Shown here piece by piece: positions 47,100 to 61,517 of a DNA stretch of 64,000 nucleotides. Location of the stretch: contig NC_043019.1 in assembly GCF_006345805.1 (NCBI RefSeq), positions 26,659,360 through 26,723,359 on the forward strand, written 5' to 3'. Made by a program: the position numbers and the translations under genes. The number at the start of each line of letters is the position of its first letter. Positions within the stretch are counted from its first letter, which is position 1. Source of the DNA: Octopus sinensis (taxonomy: Eukaryota). The notes beneath the pieces were generated by a model. It was given only the letters and a program-made list of their open reading frames with translations. It did no database searches and was not told the origin of the DNA.

Positions 47100-47410
47100 A
47101 GACATACAAAAATACCATGTTGTTGATGTTGAAATTCCAATGAAGGAGCCTTGGATCTAGGTTAGAAACCAATTCTTTCTGTATTGGCAAGAAATCTTGA
47201 AATAAAACTAAATAATAACCTGCTTATATAACTTACATAATATACATGCATGCATACATACAGGCATGCATGTATACAAACAAACAAAAATACCCTGTTG
47301 TTGGTGTTGAAATTCCAATGAAGGAGCCTTGGATCTAGGTTAGAAACCAGCTCTTTCTCTATTGGCGAGAAATCTTGAAATAAAACTGAATAATGACATG
47401 CTTACATAAT
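47100..47410. repeat. 178-bp-period tandem duplication
   Basis: CAAAAATACC..GAAATTCCAATGAAGGAGCCTTGGATCTAGGTTAGAAACC starting at 47107 and 47285. Confidence 0.8.
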
Positions 47411-47424
47411 ATGTGTATATATAT

Positions 47425-47468
<44 letters not shown>

Positions 47469-47865
47469 CATGCATGTATGTCAGTCTAAGCATCCTTGAA
47501 ACAGGCTGCTATATTTTCTGGCATACAAGTTGAATTTTTCAGACCAGAATTTACAGCCCAAAAAAGAGGTCAGTCAACATATACATGAAGATGGCTTTGG
47601 AGAAGCAAAAATTCCATGTACAATTCCGCAGGATTTGGAAAGAGAGTGACCGTGTTTGAATGTTCACGCTACATACTATGTTAGCTTGAATGCCATAAAG
47701 TACTGAATATATTATAAAAGTCAAGGAAAGAAACCTCTCACAGTTACTACACTGGCTAGAAATAGCAGCCAAATCTCTTTCAGACTGCACTTTTCTGTCT
47801 TATATATTTTATGTAAAATGCAGCAGGATTTAGAACGACAGTGATGATGTATGAATGTTTATATT

Positions 47866-48268
47866 ACTCTTTTACTTGTTTTCAGTCATTTGACTGCGGC
47901 CATGCTGGAGCACCACCTTTAATCGAGCAACTCGACCCCGGGACTTATTCTTTGTAAGCCCAGTACTTATTCTATCGGTCTCTTTTTTGCCGAACCGCTA
48001 AGTGACGGGGACGTAAACACACAAGCATCGGTTGTCAAGCGATGCTAGGGAGACAAATACAGACACACAAACACACACATATATATATATATATACACAT
48101 ATATACGACAGGCTTCTTTCAGTTTCCGTCTACCAAATCCACTCACAAGGCATTGGTCGGCCCGGGGCTATAGCAGAAGACACTTGCCCAAGATGCCACA
48201 CAGTGGGACTGAACCCGGAACCATGTGGTTGGTTAGCAAGCTACTTACCACACAGCCACTCCTGCGCC
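47866..48268 (-). mobile_element. SINE family B, young full-length copy
   Basis: Near reverse complement of 46194-46597. Confidence 0.92.
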
Positions 48269-50084
48269 TATATTAGATAGAGTTTCATGTTAATTTGCCT
48301 CTGTCTCTTTAGAATTACTTATGCAACATTCATGGCAATAATATCTGTTAATTTTGGAAAATATTGTATAGACTCTGGACCTTTGTGTAGTCTCGAGGGG
48401 CTGGGATTGGATTATAGCAACTAGTTTCTCCTCTTCAGATTAATATTCTTTAAGCGTTCCATTTCAATCCTCACAATAGAACGGCAAGGGTGAGTTACAG
48501 GGTACAAGATCTATGGGGACGGTGGTGGTGGCCTGGTTTTGTTGTGACATTAAATGATTCCTTCAGTGGATGTCATTTCTATCTCAGCTGCAGCCAGTTC
48601 CATATTAAAGGTCATCACTGATGCCATTTAAGACATTCTTTCCCTCCCACTCCCTCACTTCATCTCTCTCTCTCTCTCTCTTTCTCCTCCCTCTCCTTTA
48701 CTCTCTCTCTACCACTTCTCTCTTCACACCCTTCCTCACTTTCTCTATTTGTTCACTCTCTCTCTCTCTCTCCTCCCCTCTTTGTCTCATGTTTCTCTCT
48801 TGCATGCAACTTGTCCCAGATCCAAATTCTTGTTTGCTATACAAATAAATAAATTTTTTTTATTCATGACTCAGGCAAACTATGCATATTGTATACCATT
48901 GCGTATGCTACATATCATAGTCTATACTATAAGCTATAGCTTATACCAGAAATCATTGCCTTTTCTCTAAGCTGTTGCCTACATTATAGACCATTACCTA
49001 TACTTTAGACTGTTGCCTATACTATAGACCATAGTGTATACCCCATGTCATTGCTTATACTTCATGCAATGCCTATATTATAGGCCAAGGCCCACAGTAT
49101 ACACTCTACTCCCTATACTATGGACCATTGCTTATATCAGTGTTTTTCAACCGTTTTACCCTTGGGTAACCCTTAAAATAAATGACATGTCTCAAGGAAC
49201 CCCTGCACGAGAAAAACTATATACCATATCTTTCTCATATTTTTTTCATTGTAGTTCACTTGGTAAATATCATATATCATCATCATCATCATCACCGTTT
49301 AATGTCCGCTTTCCCTGCCGGCATGGGTTGAACGGTTTGACTGAGGACAGGCAAGCCAGAAGGCTGCACCAGGCTCCAATCTGATCCTTCAAAGTTTCTG
49401 CAGCTGGATGCCCTTCCTAACGCCAACCACTTTGAGAGTGTAGAGAGTACTTTTACATGCCACCAGCATGAGGGCCAGTCAGGCGGTTCTGGCAACGACC
49501 ACGCTCAAAAGGTGTTTTTTACGTGCTACCTGCACGGGAGTCACTGGCGTATATATATATAATCAAAATCAAATTCAATGACTGGCATCTGTGCTAGTGG
49601 AGCACTAAGAGCACCATCTGAGTGTGATCGTTGCCAGAGCAGATGACTGGCTTCTGTGCCAGTGGCACATAAAAAGCACCATTCGAGCGTGATTATTACC
49701 AGCCTTATTGACACTTGTGCCAGTAGCATGTGAAAAAACATTTGAGCGAGGTCGTTACCAGTGCCGCTGGACTGGCTCCTGTGCAGGTGGCATGTAAAAA
49801 TCACCATTTGAACGTGGCTGTTGCCAGTACCACCTGACTGGCCCTTATGCCGGTGGCACGTAAAAGCCCCCACTACACTCTCGGAGTGGTTGGCATCCAG
49901 CTGTAGAAACTCTGCCAGATCAGATTGGAGCCTGGTGCAGCCATCTGATTCGCCAGTCCTCAGTCAAATATTCCAATCCATGCTAGCATGGAAAGCGGAC
50001 ATTAAATGATGATGATGATATATATATATGGTTGTTATATCTATTTGATAACATAATAGATTAGATAGGACGAGGGCTATATTA

Positions 50085-50268
50085 CAATATAACAATAACC
50101 AATAAGAGCAAGGGCCAGACGGAAGGCGTCTAATGGCATAAGGGATGTGCTCAAGGGAAGGTTGGACAGCACCACCCACACCAACCTCATCAATAGCACA
50201 GTTCTACCTGCAAAGTAATACGGTAGTGAAACATGGGCTACAACAAAGAGAGAAGAACAAAGACTGGT
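50085..50268 (+). pseudogene. RTE-type LINE ORF fragment (post-RT region)
   Basis: GIRDVLKGRLDSTTHTNLINSTVLPA..YGSETWATTKREEQRLV. Confidence 0.7.
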
Positions 50269-51718
50269 AACATATACATACACACACACGGCAGACTCAT
50301 TAGCGTGCCGAGCGCAATGCCTAGCGGTATTTTGTCTGTTGTTACATTCTGAGTTCAAATTCCGGCGAGGTCAACTTTGCCTTTCATCCTTTCGGGGTTG
50401 ATGTAATCGACTTAATCCCTTTGTCTGTCCTTGTTTGTCCCCTCTATGTTTAGCCCCTTGTGGGCAATAAAGAAATATATACATACACACACACACACAT
50501 ATATATATATACATATATATACATACATATATATATACATAAACATATATATGCAAAGTTTAGGTTAGCTAAAATATGTGTGTGTATGTATCTGTGTATG
50601 TGTAAATTTACTGCAGTTACTGTAGAGAAAATTTTATCTTATGGTAAAAGGGTATGGAAACACCCTGTCTGTTCAGTGTTGCCATCTATCAGGATTCCCA
50701 GACACTGATGTTCTTAGCTCATTGGTTTTTATCAATGGGAAGCACTTAAGCAAGGCAACTCTGAACAGATCTTGTTAAGTGGTAGCTTTATGTAAAATAC
50801 AGTTGACAACGGCAACTATATACATAGCTATAAATGTATGTGTATATGTGATGATGTGAGATGTGGGTTAAGTATGGGAAAAAATTAGTGAGGATGGGGG
50901 GGGGGAGAAAGGAAGAAAACAGCGAGAACAGTAATGAATCAGGTGTTAAGTGACATCTGGTGTTTAAACAATCACATGCATGAACGGATAGTAAAAAAAC
51001 ACAATAAATCACTTAATAGAATGAAAAGGCAACAACAAAATCTATATACACTTGCAAAGACGTGTGTATGTGCGTAATAAATATGATAATGAAAACCCCA
51101 AAAGCATACATATACATACACACACACCATAACATACATACATGTCCAAATGCATATATATATATATATATATATATTATAGAGCAATCTCCTTTTTGAA
51201 TATCTTTGGTAAAGTCTATGCCAGAAGTGTGGAAAAGGGATGGAGAGAAATTGTCAAGTGCAAGCTGGTTGAAGAACTGGCTTATGGCAAGTCTTCAAGA
51301 AATCATGGGAATATTGTCAAGAGGAGTACACTTGCTTTGAAGATCTCAAAAAGGCAACAGACCATGTGTTGGAGGACATGCTGTGGAAGGTTTTACAGGA
51401 GTACGAGATTAAAGGGCAACCTCTGATTGCCATGATGTCCCTATATGAATGCTCAACTGTTCCAGCATGGGCGTTGGACTTTAGTAGAGGTGCATACTGT
51501 CACCTCTCACAATTTTTATGAATTGGATTGACATTCACAAAGACCTTTTGGCATTATATTGTGCTTGAGAAGAAGACCCATCAAGCTGAACAAAATCACA
51601 GTCATGGCAGATACTGGTGTCACGCAAATGGCACCTATGGCAGTGACACGTAAAAGCATCATCTACACTCTCAGAGTGGTTGGCATTAGGAAGGGCATCC
51701 AGCCATAGAAAACCATTC

Positions 51719-52441
51719 ACAACCATTGAGGAAATAATATGACAATCGGTAGGTGTAGGGTCAGTCGGCCGATATTTGCAGATGACAGGGGCTATTGGCT
51801 ATTAGAAGGGATCTCCCATTCCAACATTGAGGAAATAATATGACAATCGGTAGGTGTAGGGTCAGTCGGCCGATATTTGCAGATGACAGGGTGCTACTTG
51901 GCTCATTAGAAGGGGATCTCCCATTCACAACCATTGAGGAAATAATATGACAATCGGTGGTGTAGGGTCAGTCGGCCGTATTTGCAGATGACAGTGCACT
52001 TGGCTCATTGAGAAGGGGATCTCCCATTCACAACCATTGAGGAAATAATATGACACGGTAGGTGTAGGGTCATCGGCCGATATTTGCAGATGACAGGGTG
52101 CTACTGGCTCATTAGAAGGGATCTCAATTCACACATTGAGGAAAAATATGACAATCGGTAGGTGTAGGGTCAGTCGGCCGATATTTGCAGATGACAGGGT
52201 GCTACTTGGCTCATTAGAAGGGGATCTCCCATTCACAACCATTGAGGAAATAATATGACAATCGGTAGGTGTAGGGTCAGTCGGCCGATATTTGCAGATG
52301 ACAGGGTGCTACTTGGCTCATTAGAAGGGGATCTCCCATTCACAACCATTGTGGAAATAATATGACAATCGGTAGGTGTAGGGTCAGTCGGCCGATATTT
52401 GCAGATGACAGGATGCTATTTGTCTCATCAGAGGGGGATCT
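51719..52441 (+). repeat. 107-bp tandem repeat (~6.7 copies) derived from the RT FADD segment
   Basis: Clean units at 52235 and 52342; unit encodes GNNMTIGRCRVSRPIFADDRVLLGSLEGDL. Confidence 0.9.
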
Positions 52442-52791
52442 GCAACATGTACTGGATGGGCAGCTGCTAAGTGCTGTAAGGTAAAGATGAGAATAAGTGT
52501 TATGAGAACTGAGATGGTGGACCTCTGAAAAATGCTTCCCCCCGTACACTCTGCTGTTTGTGAAACATCACTGAGGTAAGCAGAGAAGTTGAAGTCTGTT
52601 GGGGCCGTATTTAGGAGTGATGGGCCATGAAGTTGAATTCGATGCTAGAGTTGTAGATGTTCACACAGTAATGTGCCAACTCCAGCGTTTGATCCTCAGA
52701 AAAGGAGAGGTTGGTAAAAAAAAGCCAAAGTCGCTATCTTCAATTCTGTTTTCATGCCTGTCCTCAACTACGGTTATGAGTGTTGGATATT

Positions 52792-53023
52792 AAGGCAGCG
52801 AGCTGGCAGAAATGTTAGCACGCCGGCCGAAATGCTTAGCGGTATTTCGTCTGCGTTACGTTGTGAGTTCAAATTCCGCCGAGGTCGACTTTGCCTTTCA
52901 TCCTTTCGGGGTCGATAAATTAAGTACCAGTTACGCACTGGGGTCGATGTAATAGACTTAATACCTATGTCTGTCCTTGTTTGTCCCCTCTGTGTTTAGC
53001 CCCTAGTGGGTAATAATGAAATA
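52792..53023 (+). mobile_element. SINE family A with 20-bp TSD
   Basis: GGTTATGAGTGTTGGATATT at 52772-52791 and 53024-53043. Confidence 0.93.
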
Positions 53024-53606
53024 GGTTATGAGTGTTGGATATTGACCAAAAGAGTATGAACACAAATACAAGTAACCAAAATGGGATTGCTCTGAAGGGT
53101 TTTTGGAGTAATGTTACTCAAAAAAGGGATTAGCTTGGGGAGCAGGAAGTCTCTCCTGGTTGAGTTGTATTGGAAGGTCACAGTTCTGGTACTATAGACA
53201 TGTGATTAGAATGTTGTAGGAAAGGTGGAGAGGCAGAGTGGGAGGAAGGGTGAGTGAGTAGAACAGTAGGGCTCAGGTAGCTGGGACAGAGTAAGCAAGT
53301 GTATGCCAGCTCAAGATTTATTTGGTCAAACATCGTGCAGTTGAACTTCTAATAAATTCAGTTCCTTGACCAGACTGTTGACAATATCCTGTCAAGCTCT
53401 GCTAATTTTCAGATCTGAGGACAGAGTGAGACACCATCTTGCTTACTCTACTTTGAAAGAAGTTCCTCACAACATCTCCACAGTAGCTGTGCAAAATTCC
53501 TTGGAGGAGACTGCTACTGTTGGCACCATGACCAGGGACTCAAAACAGCCGTTGGCCACTGTCAGCAGAGCAAGTAAGCATGACCGTGATGTTACGACAT
53601 GCACAC

Positions 53607-53641
<35 letters not shown>

Positions 53642-53955
53642 ACAGGCTTTCTTTCAGTCTCGCCAAAGCTATAGTAGAAGACACTTGCTCAAGGTACCAC
53701 ACAGTGTGACTGAACTCAGAGCTATGTGCTGGGGAAGCAAGCTTCATACCACACAGCCGCTCCTGCGCCAATATATGTAAAAAGCACCCACTACACTCAC
53801 GGAGTGGTTGGCGTTAGGAAGGGCATCCAGCCGCAGAAACACTGCCAAATCTGACTGGGCCTGATGAAGCCTCCTGGCTTCACAGACCCCAGTTAAACCG
53901 TCCAACCCATGCTAGCATGGAAAGCGGACGCTAAATGATGATGATGATGATGATG

Positions 53956-53989
<34 letters not shown>

Positions 53990-54351
53990 CTGATCTTTAT
54001 ATACATTCATAACTTATACAGATATTCCAATATAAATCTGGAATAAAATGACACCACGTACTTCACTGGATGTGTAATGTTAACAGAAATAAAGAGGAAG
54101 CTTAAATGAAGTGAGAGAAAAACCAGGGTATCTGAAGAGAGAGATTAAGAGGGAGTAAGAGAGAAGAACTGATAGGGAAATGTTGCTGTGTTTAAATGAG
54201 GAGGACAACTGAATAACTTGCCTAGAACAATGGCCCCCAACTTTTATTTTAAATATAAACCGGTTTGCTGTATGGCAATTTTCCCAGATTGGAGAACCAC
54301 TCTGAACAAAACGCAATAAAGGGATTAATACATAACTAAATTATTGTATAT

Positions 54352-54741
54352 ACTCTCTTACTTGTTTCAGTCATTTTGACTGTGGCCATACTGGAGCACT
54401 GCCTTTAGTCGAGTAAATCGACCCCAGGACTTATTCTTTGTAAGCCTAGTACTTATTCTATCGGTCTCTTTTGCCGAACCGCTAAGTTACGGGGACGTAA
54501 ACACACCAGCATTGGTTGTTAAGCAATGTTGTGGGGACAAACACATACATACATATATATATATATATACACACACATATATACGATGGGCTTCTTTCAG
54601 TTTCCATCTACCAAATCCACTCACAAGACTTTGGTCGGCCCGAGCCTATAGCAGAAGACACTTGCCCAAGGTGCCACACAGTGGGACTGAACCTGGAACC
54701 ATGTGGTTGGTAAGCAAGCTACTTACCACACAGCCACTCCT
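54352..54741 (-). mobile_element. SINE family B, full-length
   Basis: Family B consensus. Confidence 0.9.
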
Positions 54742-55433
54742 ATTTCATATATAATGCATATTTAATACAAAAACACTTTGCAGGCTGTAACTGTCAGTAA
54801 AATTGTAATATATTGCATAAAATGTATTCTTCCTGTGTAGCCTGGTACTAAATAATCCACTGCCTGGTGCTGGCATGTGGTTAGGGACCCTTGATGTAAA
54901 GAAGTGCCACTTAATCCAAATGGTAGGAAATTGGTGAAGAGGAAGATCAAGATATGGAAAGAAGAAGTAACGAAGGTTGATAGACGGTAAGGGTGGTGAG
55001 GTCTGGGCTTCACAAAGGGAACCACAAAGGACGGCAATAAGTGGTACAACGTTGTGTTCTGAAAGAAGTCTTGTCCAACATGGGGTGTGATGCGGGGAAG
55101 GGAGACGACCGTAATACGATGATGGAGGCGGTGATGGTCATCGTGGTAGTGGTGCATACCCCCCACCCCCTATGCACTTCCGGTGCAGCAAAAGGCAGTT
55201 GTAGTGAGGAGTATATTTATTTATGATCCGATTATAAACAATCTAGTCGAAGGAATTGTTTTTTTTAGAATAAAGGTATTAAATTAAAAATCATACAAAA
55301 CCCGATAGCATTACGTGAACAAGGGTACAACGTGTACGTACGTACGTATGTCATGTATGTATGTCATGTATGTATGTACGTACGTATGTCATGTATGTAT
55401 GTACGTATGTATGTATGTATGCGTGGGTATGAA

Positions 55434-55466
<33 letters not shown>

Positions 55467-56850
55467 ATTCTGTTGTAGTTGTCTAGCCCCAGGTCATCCT
55501 AAGCCGTGTAGACATTAATATCCAAGGTATTTCAGTTATGTACCACCTCATTATTACATTCTGAACAAATAAACTTTGACAACGCCTAAACCAGACTTTT
55601 CTGTAAACACTTGACTAACTCCATTGATGTGTCAAAACATGTTTACCCCTGGTTTACGAGGCCACTATGAACGAGATAACAGAAGTTTTAATAACAAACT
55701 CTGTGTGTGTGTGTGTGTATTTATACACAGAGATACACAATTAAGAAAACACTGAACGACCGTAATGAAGCGCATTCGACCCTCTATGTAATCATTTGAT
55801 CTGTTAGACATAACAGCCAAATCCACCTCAAGTTACAACCCTCTCACTGCCTTAAAACAAAAGGACGAACATACATGATAATGCTGTAAAAATCAGACAG
55901 AATAGTCAGTCACAGATGGAATGTCTTTGATCATAGGTATCTTTAATGAGGGCTCCACGGGTTGAGGGAAAACTAAGTAACAACAGTGACACTCAAATAC
56001 GTGGACAGTGACGAAGGATAATTATAAACGGTTGTGATGTTGTTTAGCCCCAGGTCAGTCTTGGTTGAGCATTATTAGGACCAAAGAAATTTCAGCCATA
56101 TATCTTATTCTAGATACAAAAAATAGGATCTAATAATCTTTGGTACACACTATATTTCGACAATTTCTACGGCTTCTAAGAATTCTCTGTATGAAACATC
56201 GATAGACTATGAACCAAAAAAGAAATCGTCTACGTGGTCACTATGTCTTCTAGACAGAACAACTAAATCCCCTTCAAACAATGTATCACTGTCTTTAAAA
56301 AGAAACGGAGGGTGGTGTGCTCCTATATATAATACAGCTGAATCAAGGCTGAAGTGGTTTTGATCACAGGTCTAATGGATTACGGCTGACTTAGGGTTAA
56401 ACAAGTGTTTCTTCTCAGTGATGCACACAGCATGCTAACGTTCTTCGGTGTTTTGAATCTATAATTAAATATGTCAGTATATATATATAACTGTGTTGAC
56501 ATACGTGTAGTTTAATAATATGGTTGGGTATCGTGTGTCTATCTGTTAATAACCTGGTGTGTTGTGAGGAGAGGAGAGGTGGGTCGTGAGGTTTAGGCGC
56601 GGCCCTTCTTTACTGAATAAACGAGAAATATGTCAGTGGAATGCAGTGAATAAAGTTCTCCCCGGGTTCTAAATGTTTTGTGTTTGTCGTGTCTGTGTGT
56701 TTAACCGTTTAATTTCTTCTCAACAGTTGAAATATTTTACATACATCACATACGGAGGAGAGACGGGGTGAGAGCAATGGTGGAGTGGAATGGAATAATC
56801 GCTTCATTATACACAATGCAGAATATATTTAATAAATAAAACAAACTCAC

Positions 56851-56973
56851 GAAGGCGTTGGGAACTCCTGTTTTCGATGATCCGCCACCTCCTGCCACCA
56901 AAAAGTGGTTTTCGTCCAAAGCACGGATCGTGTAGATCGGGAATTCCGTCCTGGCCAGCAAGGCAGACGCCAT
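56851..56973 (-). CDS. PREB: PREB/SEC12 (Sar1 GEF, WD40) exon 1: MASALLARTEFPIYTIRALDENHFLVAGGGGSSKTGVPNAF
   Basis: ACCATGG Kozak context; AGGGGxxKTGVPN K-loop motif of Sec12; gtgagt donor. Confidence 0.96.
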
Positions 56974-57680
56974 GGTTTTAATATAATAAAGTCTGTTGTT
57001 ATTGTCGTATAATAATAATACAAGTTGCTAATTCCGATGAAGGCATTAGATGACCGTTGAAGTGAGGTGTACTGGTTACTTAGGGGACAAGACCAGGGTT
57101 TAAGTTAATGAGCAAGACGAAATTAATTAATTATACATATGGACGGAAGATAAAAACGAAGGTAGATGAGGTCTGAAGAACGACGATTTAACCGGCAGCT
57201 GTCATCTACTTTAGATATTTACATACAATATATATTACAGAAAACATATGCTACATACATAATCATTTATATATCCATATAAATATATATTCATATATAT
57301 ATATACATATATATATATATATGAATATATATTTATATTTATGTACAGGGGCACACGATGTTTCTTTAGTAAACGTTTATGAATATATATATTTTTTAAA
57401 TGAAAATATTGGTTTATAAACCAGAAGTTTAAAGATATATAATCTTAAAAGAACGTTTCTAAATATCACTCCGTTTTTCTGTTGTGTTGCTCTCGGCTCA
57501 AATTAAAACGAAGGTAAGCGAGAAAAGTTTGTAAAGGTCTGACATATCCAACAGACAGACATTTCATCTGTCTTCTCAATTGATAGAAATAACAAACTAC
57601 GTGTCGCTCGATGACAGGTGCGTCAGTTGCATGAAAAAGTGAGATCATGGAATCGAAAATGTTAACCGAAACGAACTAGT
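56974..57680 (-). promoter_or_regulatory. Putative PREB 5'UTR/promoter region
   Basis: Locally CpG-richer, largely non-repetitive sequence directly upstream of the ATG; TSS not determinable. Confidence 0.4.
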
Positions 57681-57720
57681 TCTCTCTCTTTCTCTATCAG
57701 TTTATAGTTTTTCTGCTTTT

Positions 57721-57794
<74 letters not shown>

Positions 57795-58642
57795 ACACAC
57801 ACACACATGTAATAAAAAATAATAGGTTTGCTGGAAATAAATCTATGGATATTTCTGGATCACATGTATTTTCCTATTAAATATCAAAATAGAATTTTTA
57901 AAATATCTTTTCTATTATTTTATATTTATGTGTACTCCGTGTACTCCTAAATGTATATAAAAGACTTCAAAAGAAGACCCAGAGACAAATGACACACATG
58001 CGTCCGTGTGTGTGTGTATACTTATCATCATAATCATCATCTAACGTCTGTTGTCCATGCTGGCATGGGTTGGACTGTTTGATGGGGTTGGTATGCTGGA
58101 AAGCTGCACTAAACTCCAGTCTAATTTGACATAGTTTGCTATGGCTGGATGCCCTTTCTAATGCCAAACGCTCTGAGAGTGTAGAGGGTGCTTTTACGTG
58201 TCACTGGCACAGGTGCCATTTGCATGACACCAGTATCTGCCATGACTGCAATTTTGCTTGACTTGATGGGCCTTCTCAAATATGACATAATACCAAAAGG
58301 TCTTTGTCATTGCCTCTGTGAGGCCCAATGCTCGAAAGGAATATATATATATATATATATAAACATTCCTATCTCAACCTGGGACCTTGAAGACTGCTAT
58401 AATGCAAGAAAGTATACTAGTCCCTTAATATTTTATATTTAATATTTCATCTATTCAATAAGACAATCAATATTTCATTTCATTTTACTATATATATATA
58501 TATATTATTTATACTATGTATTCTATATTCTACATTAATATTATAAAGAATATAAATAAAACATAAAAAACAGAGTTGGAATTTCTTTGAATAATATATA
58601 TCCCTCTATACACAATCATACAAACCCCTTTATATATATATA

Positions 58643-58847
58643 CTCTTTACTCGTTTACTCTTTTACTTGTTTCAGTCATTTGACTGCGGCCATGTTGGAG
58701 CACCGCCTTTAATCGAGCAACTCGACCCCGGGACAAGCCCAGTACTTATTCTATCGGTCTCTTTTGCCGAACTGCTAAGTTACGGGGACATAAACACACC
58801 AGCATCGGTTGTCAAGCAATGCTAAATGGACAAACACAGACACACAT

Positions 58848-58882
<35 letters not shown>

Positions 58883-59051
58883 CATATATACGACAGGCTT
58901 CTTTCAGTTTCCGTCTACCAATCCACTCACAAGGCATTGGTCAGCCCGGGGCTATAGCAGAAGACACTTGCCTAAGATGCCACGCAGTGGGACTGAACCC
59001 GGAACCATGTGGTTGGTAAGCAAGCTACTTACCACACAGCCAATCCTGCGC
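58643..59051 (-). mobile_element. SINE family B with small internal deletion
   Basis: Family B consensus lacking the ACAAAGAATAAGT segment. Confidence 0.88.
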
Positions 59052-61269
59052 TGTTTCAGTCATTTGATTGCAGCCATGTTGGAACACTTGTGAGGTTACC
59101 ATGCTACTTGCAAGATTAATATCCCTTTTGACTGTGGTGAGGAGGGAGGAGCCTGACAATAGAGAGGGAGACATCTTTATGTTAGAAGACGAGGGAGTGG
59201 GGACCAGAATGTAGAAGTGGGGACCAGAACAGATTCCTTGCTGTAGAGGAGAGATGAGACACTTAGCAACTCACATTGTAGAAAAGAGGGTGAGAGCAGC
59301 TGGGAGCAAGAAAAATGTAATTCCTGCATGTTGAGTAAATGGCTGCAAACCATTAACTGATAAAATTTATGCATAAAAAACATAGTATAAAACATGATAT
59401 AGGCCTTAGAAGGGGAGTAAGGTTGTGTATACTGGAGTTGTAAAGTAAGAATTTTAGTGTTTATCCATAATGTTATTGCTTTTACACCTGTTAATTAAAT
59501 TTACCTGCCCATAAAACTCAAATTTACTCAGCAAGGTCAGTTAAAATTACATAACTATAAACCAGTGGTATATAAAGCATCCACTGACAAAATTTCAAAT
59601 CTGTATGTAAACAATTTACAAAGTTACAAGCAAATATTGTGGGCACCCCTCCCTCTTGAACCTGAATAATTCAAAATAACGTGAACAAATAAGCATTACA
59701 TTTGACAGATTAAAAAGATGTTTTTAAGTGGTTTTGTTTCTTACACACATAACACAGCTTCACTTGGGACTACACGTGTGTTACTTTGACATCCTCATTC
59801 CATAAAATTTGTTTATGGGGAGAAAAATATTGAAAGATATCAATAGATATGTAAGTGAGAAAGAACCATGAAGGAAGGTTTTGAGATGTACTAGAACCAA
59901 CAGCCAGATCTCCCTTAAATCACACATTTTCCTTTGAAATTATTAACAATTTTTTAAAACCCAAAAATGTTTATCTCACGGGTTTTAAGTGCATAGTGAA
60001 AAAAAATTGGCCAAAATCGTTTCGGACTGGGGTGGTGAGGGGATGGCGGAAGTGAAAACATTTTTTAATATTTTTTCCTTTTTTTCGTGAAAAGATACCT
60101 CCCATCATTCTGAAGACTTTGCTGTAAAACATTGGAAAAAATCCGTCAAAAACGGAGCAATTCCATCTCATGTGCGCCCGTCTGATTCGAAACTCTGTTT
60201 TCCAGATACTCCACTCCCCCACCCTCTTCCAATTTTTTTTGCTTACAGATCGTAATCTACACCACTTGAAAGGTATTTGTATAAAATTTCATTAAAAAAT
60301 ACCTATTTTCCAGAAAGTTATGAGGGGGGAAATATTGGGTCCCGTGAATTTTCTGAAACTCCTCTCCCCAACCCCTCGACAAATTTCTTCCATCAAATCT
60401 TTATACACACTCAATATACAGGGTATAAACAATCATTTAGTGCAAATTTCGTTAAAAAGTATCCGTTCTTCTGGAAGTTATGAGGCAGCAAAGTCGGTGG
60501 GGTATTAAACTGTAGTTATGCCGTTTTTCAATAAAAGTTAACGTTAACTTCTATTACATTTTGGTTAACGGATTAACAAAGTTAACTTTTCCATTAGCAG
60601 TACCCACCTCTGTCTGTCTGTATATATATTATATATATATATATAGAGTCACTTTACATGTTTCCAGTCTCAGCACAGAGCCAGCAATTTTGAGAGAAGT
60701 AAGCAGACCCCATTCACTCCCCCCCCCCGTACTTACCTGCCTCTTCGTTTCATTGACCATGGAAGAATGAAAGGTAAAGTTCACGTCAGTGTGATTTGAA
60801 CTCAGAACACGAAGAATCAAAATGAATACCACACGGCATCTCCACCCGAAGCTCTACCAATTCAGCCCATTTCGTTGTCAAACAGTTTCGTTTCTTACTA
60901 ATATCATTCATTATGAACCCTAACAACTGTATTCATTGAGAGTGAGACACTCGATAATGAACAAACACAATGAGAAATACAAAAAGACAGAGATAATAAA
61001 ATAGTTTTTGTCTTTGTGTCTTTGTGAATTTTGTAAATGGTTTCAAAGAATTTTCAATAAGGGAATTATTTCAGTTCCGATCTACGTTCTCACAGTAAGT
61101 CACTCGCCAAGCAAGTATGACATCTTTCATCATCTTTATGTATATTATACGTATGTAAATACGGATGATAGGTGAGTGTATTTGTGTATTTGTGTGTATG
61201 TGTGTGTGTGTTTGTATACACATGCACACATTCATATATACATACACACTTACAAACGTACATACACAC

Positions 61270-61320
<51 letters not shown>

Positions 61321-61461
61321 CATACATACATACATACATACATACATACATACACACAAATGGATTGAATTGATAGATAGATTAGATAGATACATACATA
61401 CATACATACATACTACATACATACATACATACACACAAATGGATTGAATTGATAGATAGAT

Positions 61462-61517
<56 letters not shown>

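Larger units (their letters stand above)
51190..53260 (+). pseudogene. Decayed RTE-clade LINE reverse transcriptase, interrupted by a family D repeat, a tandem array and a SINE A
   Basis: IFGKVYARSVEK; FEDLKKATDHV..MLWKVLQEYEI; IFADD; SEGDLQHVLD; AKVAIFNSVFMPVLNYGYECWI; LTKRV.TQIQVTKMGLL.RVFG. Confidence 0.85.

Noticed and set aside
47137-47353. Hammerhead-like CCAATGAAGGAGCC..GGTTAGAAACC in both units of a tandem duplication
   Set aside because: Two mismatches in the 5' core and no clean stem I.
51719-52441. CRISPR-like regular array
   Set aside because: No unique spacers, eukaryotic context, and the unit is RT-derived.
56746-56850. Extension of PREB exon 1 in the ORF track (VSLFYLL..)
   Set aside because: Read-through past the gtgagt donor at 56850.
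759-59051. tRNA genes at A/B-box-containing sites
   Set aside because: All are SINE heads running into SINE bodies; no complete cloverleaf seen.
59960-60560. Possible DNA-transposon fragment
   Set aside because: Looks repeat-like, but I found no termini, TSD or protein motif to support a call.
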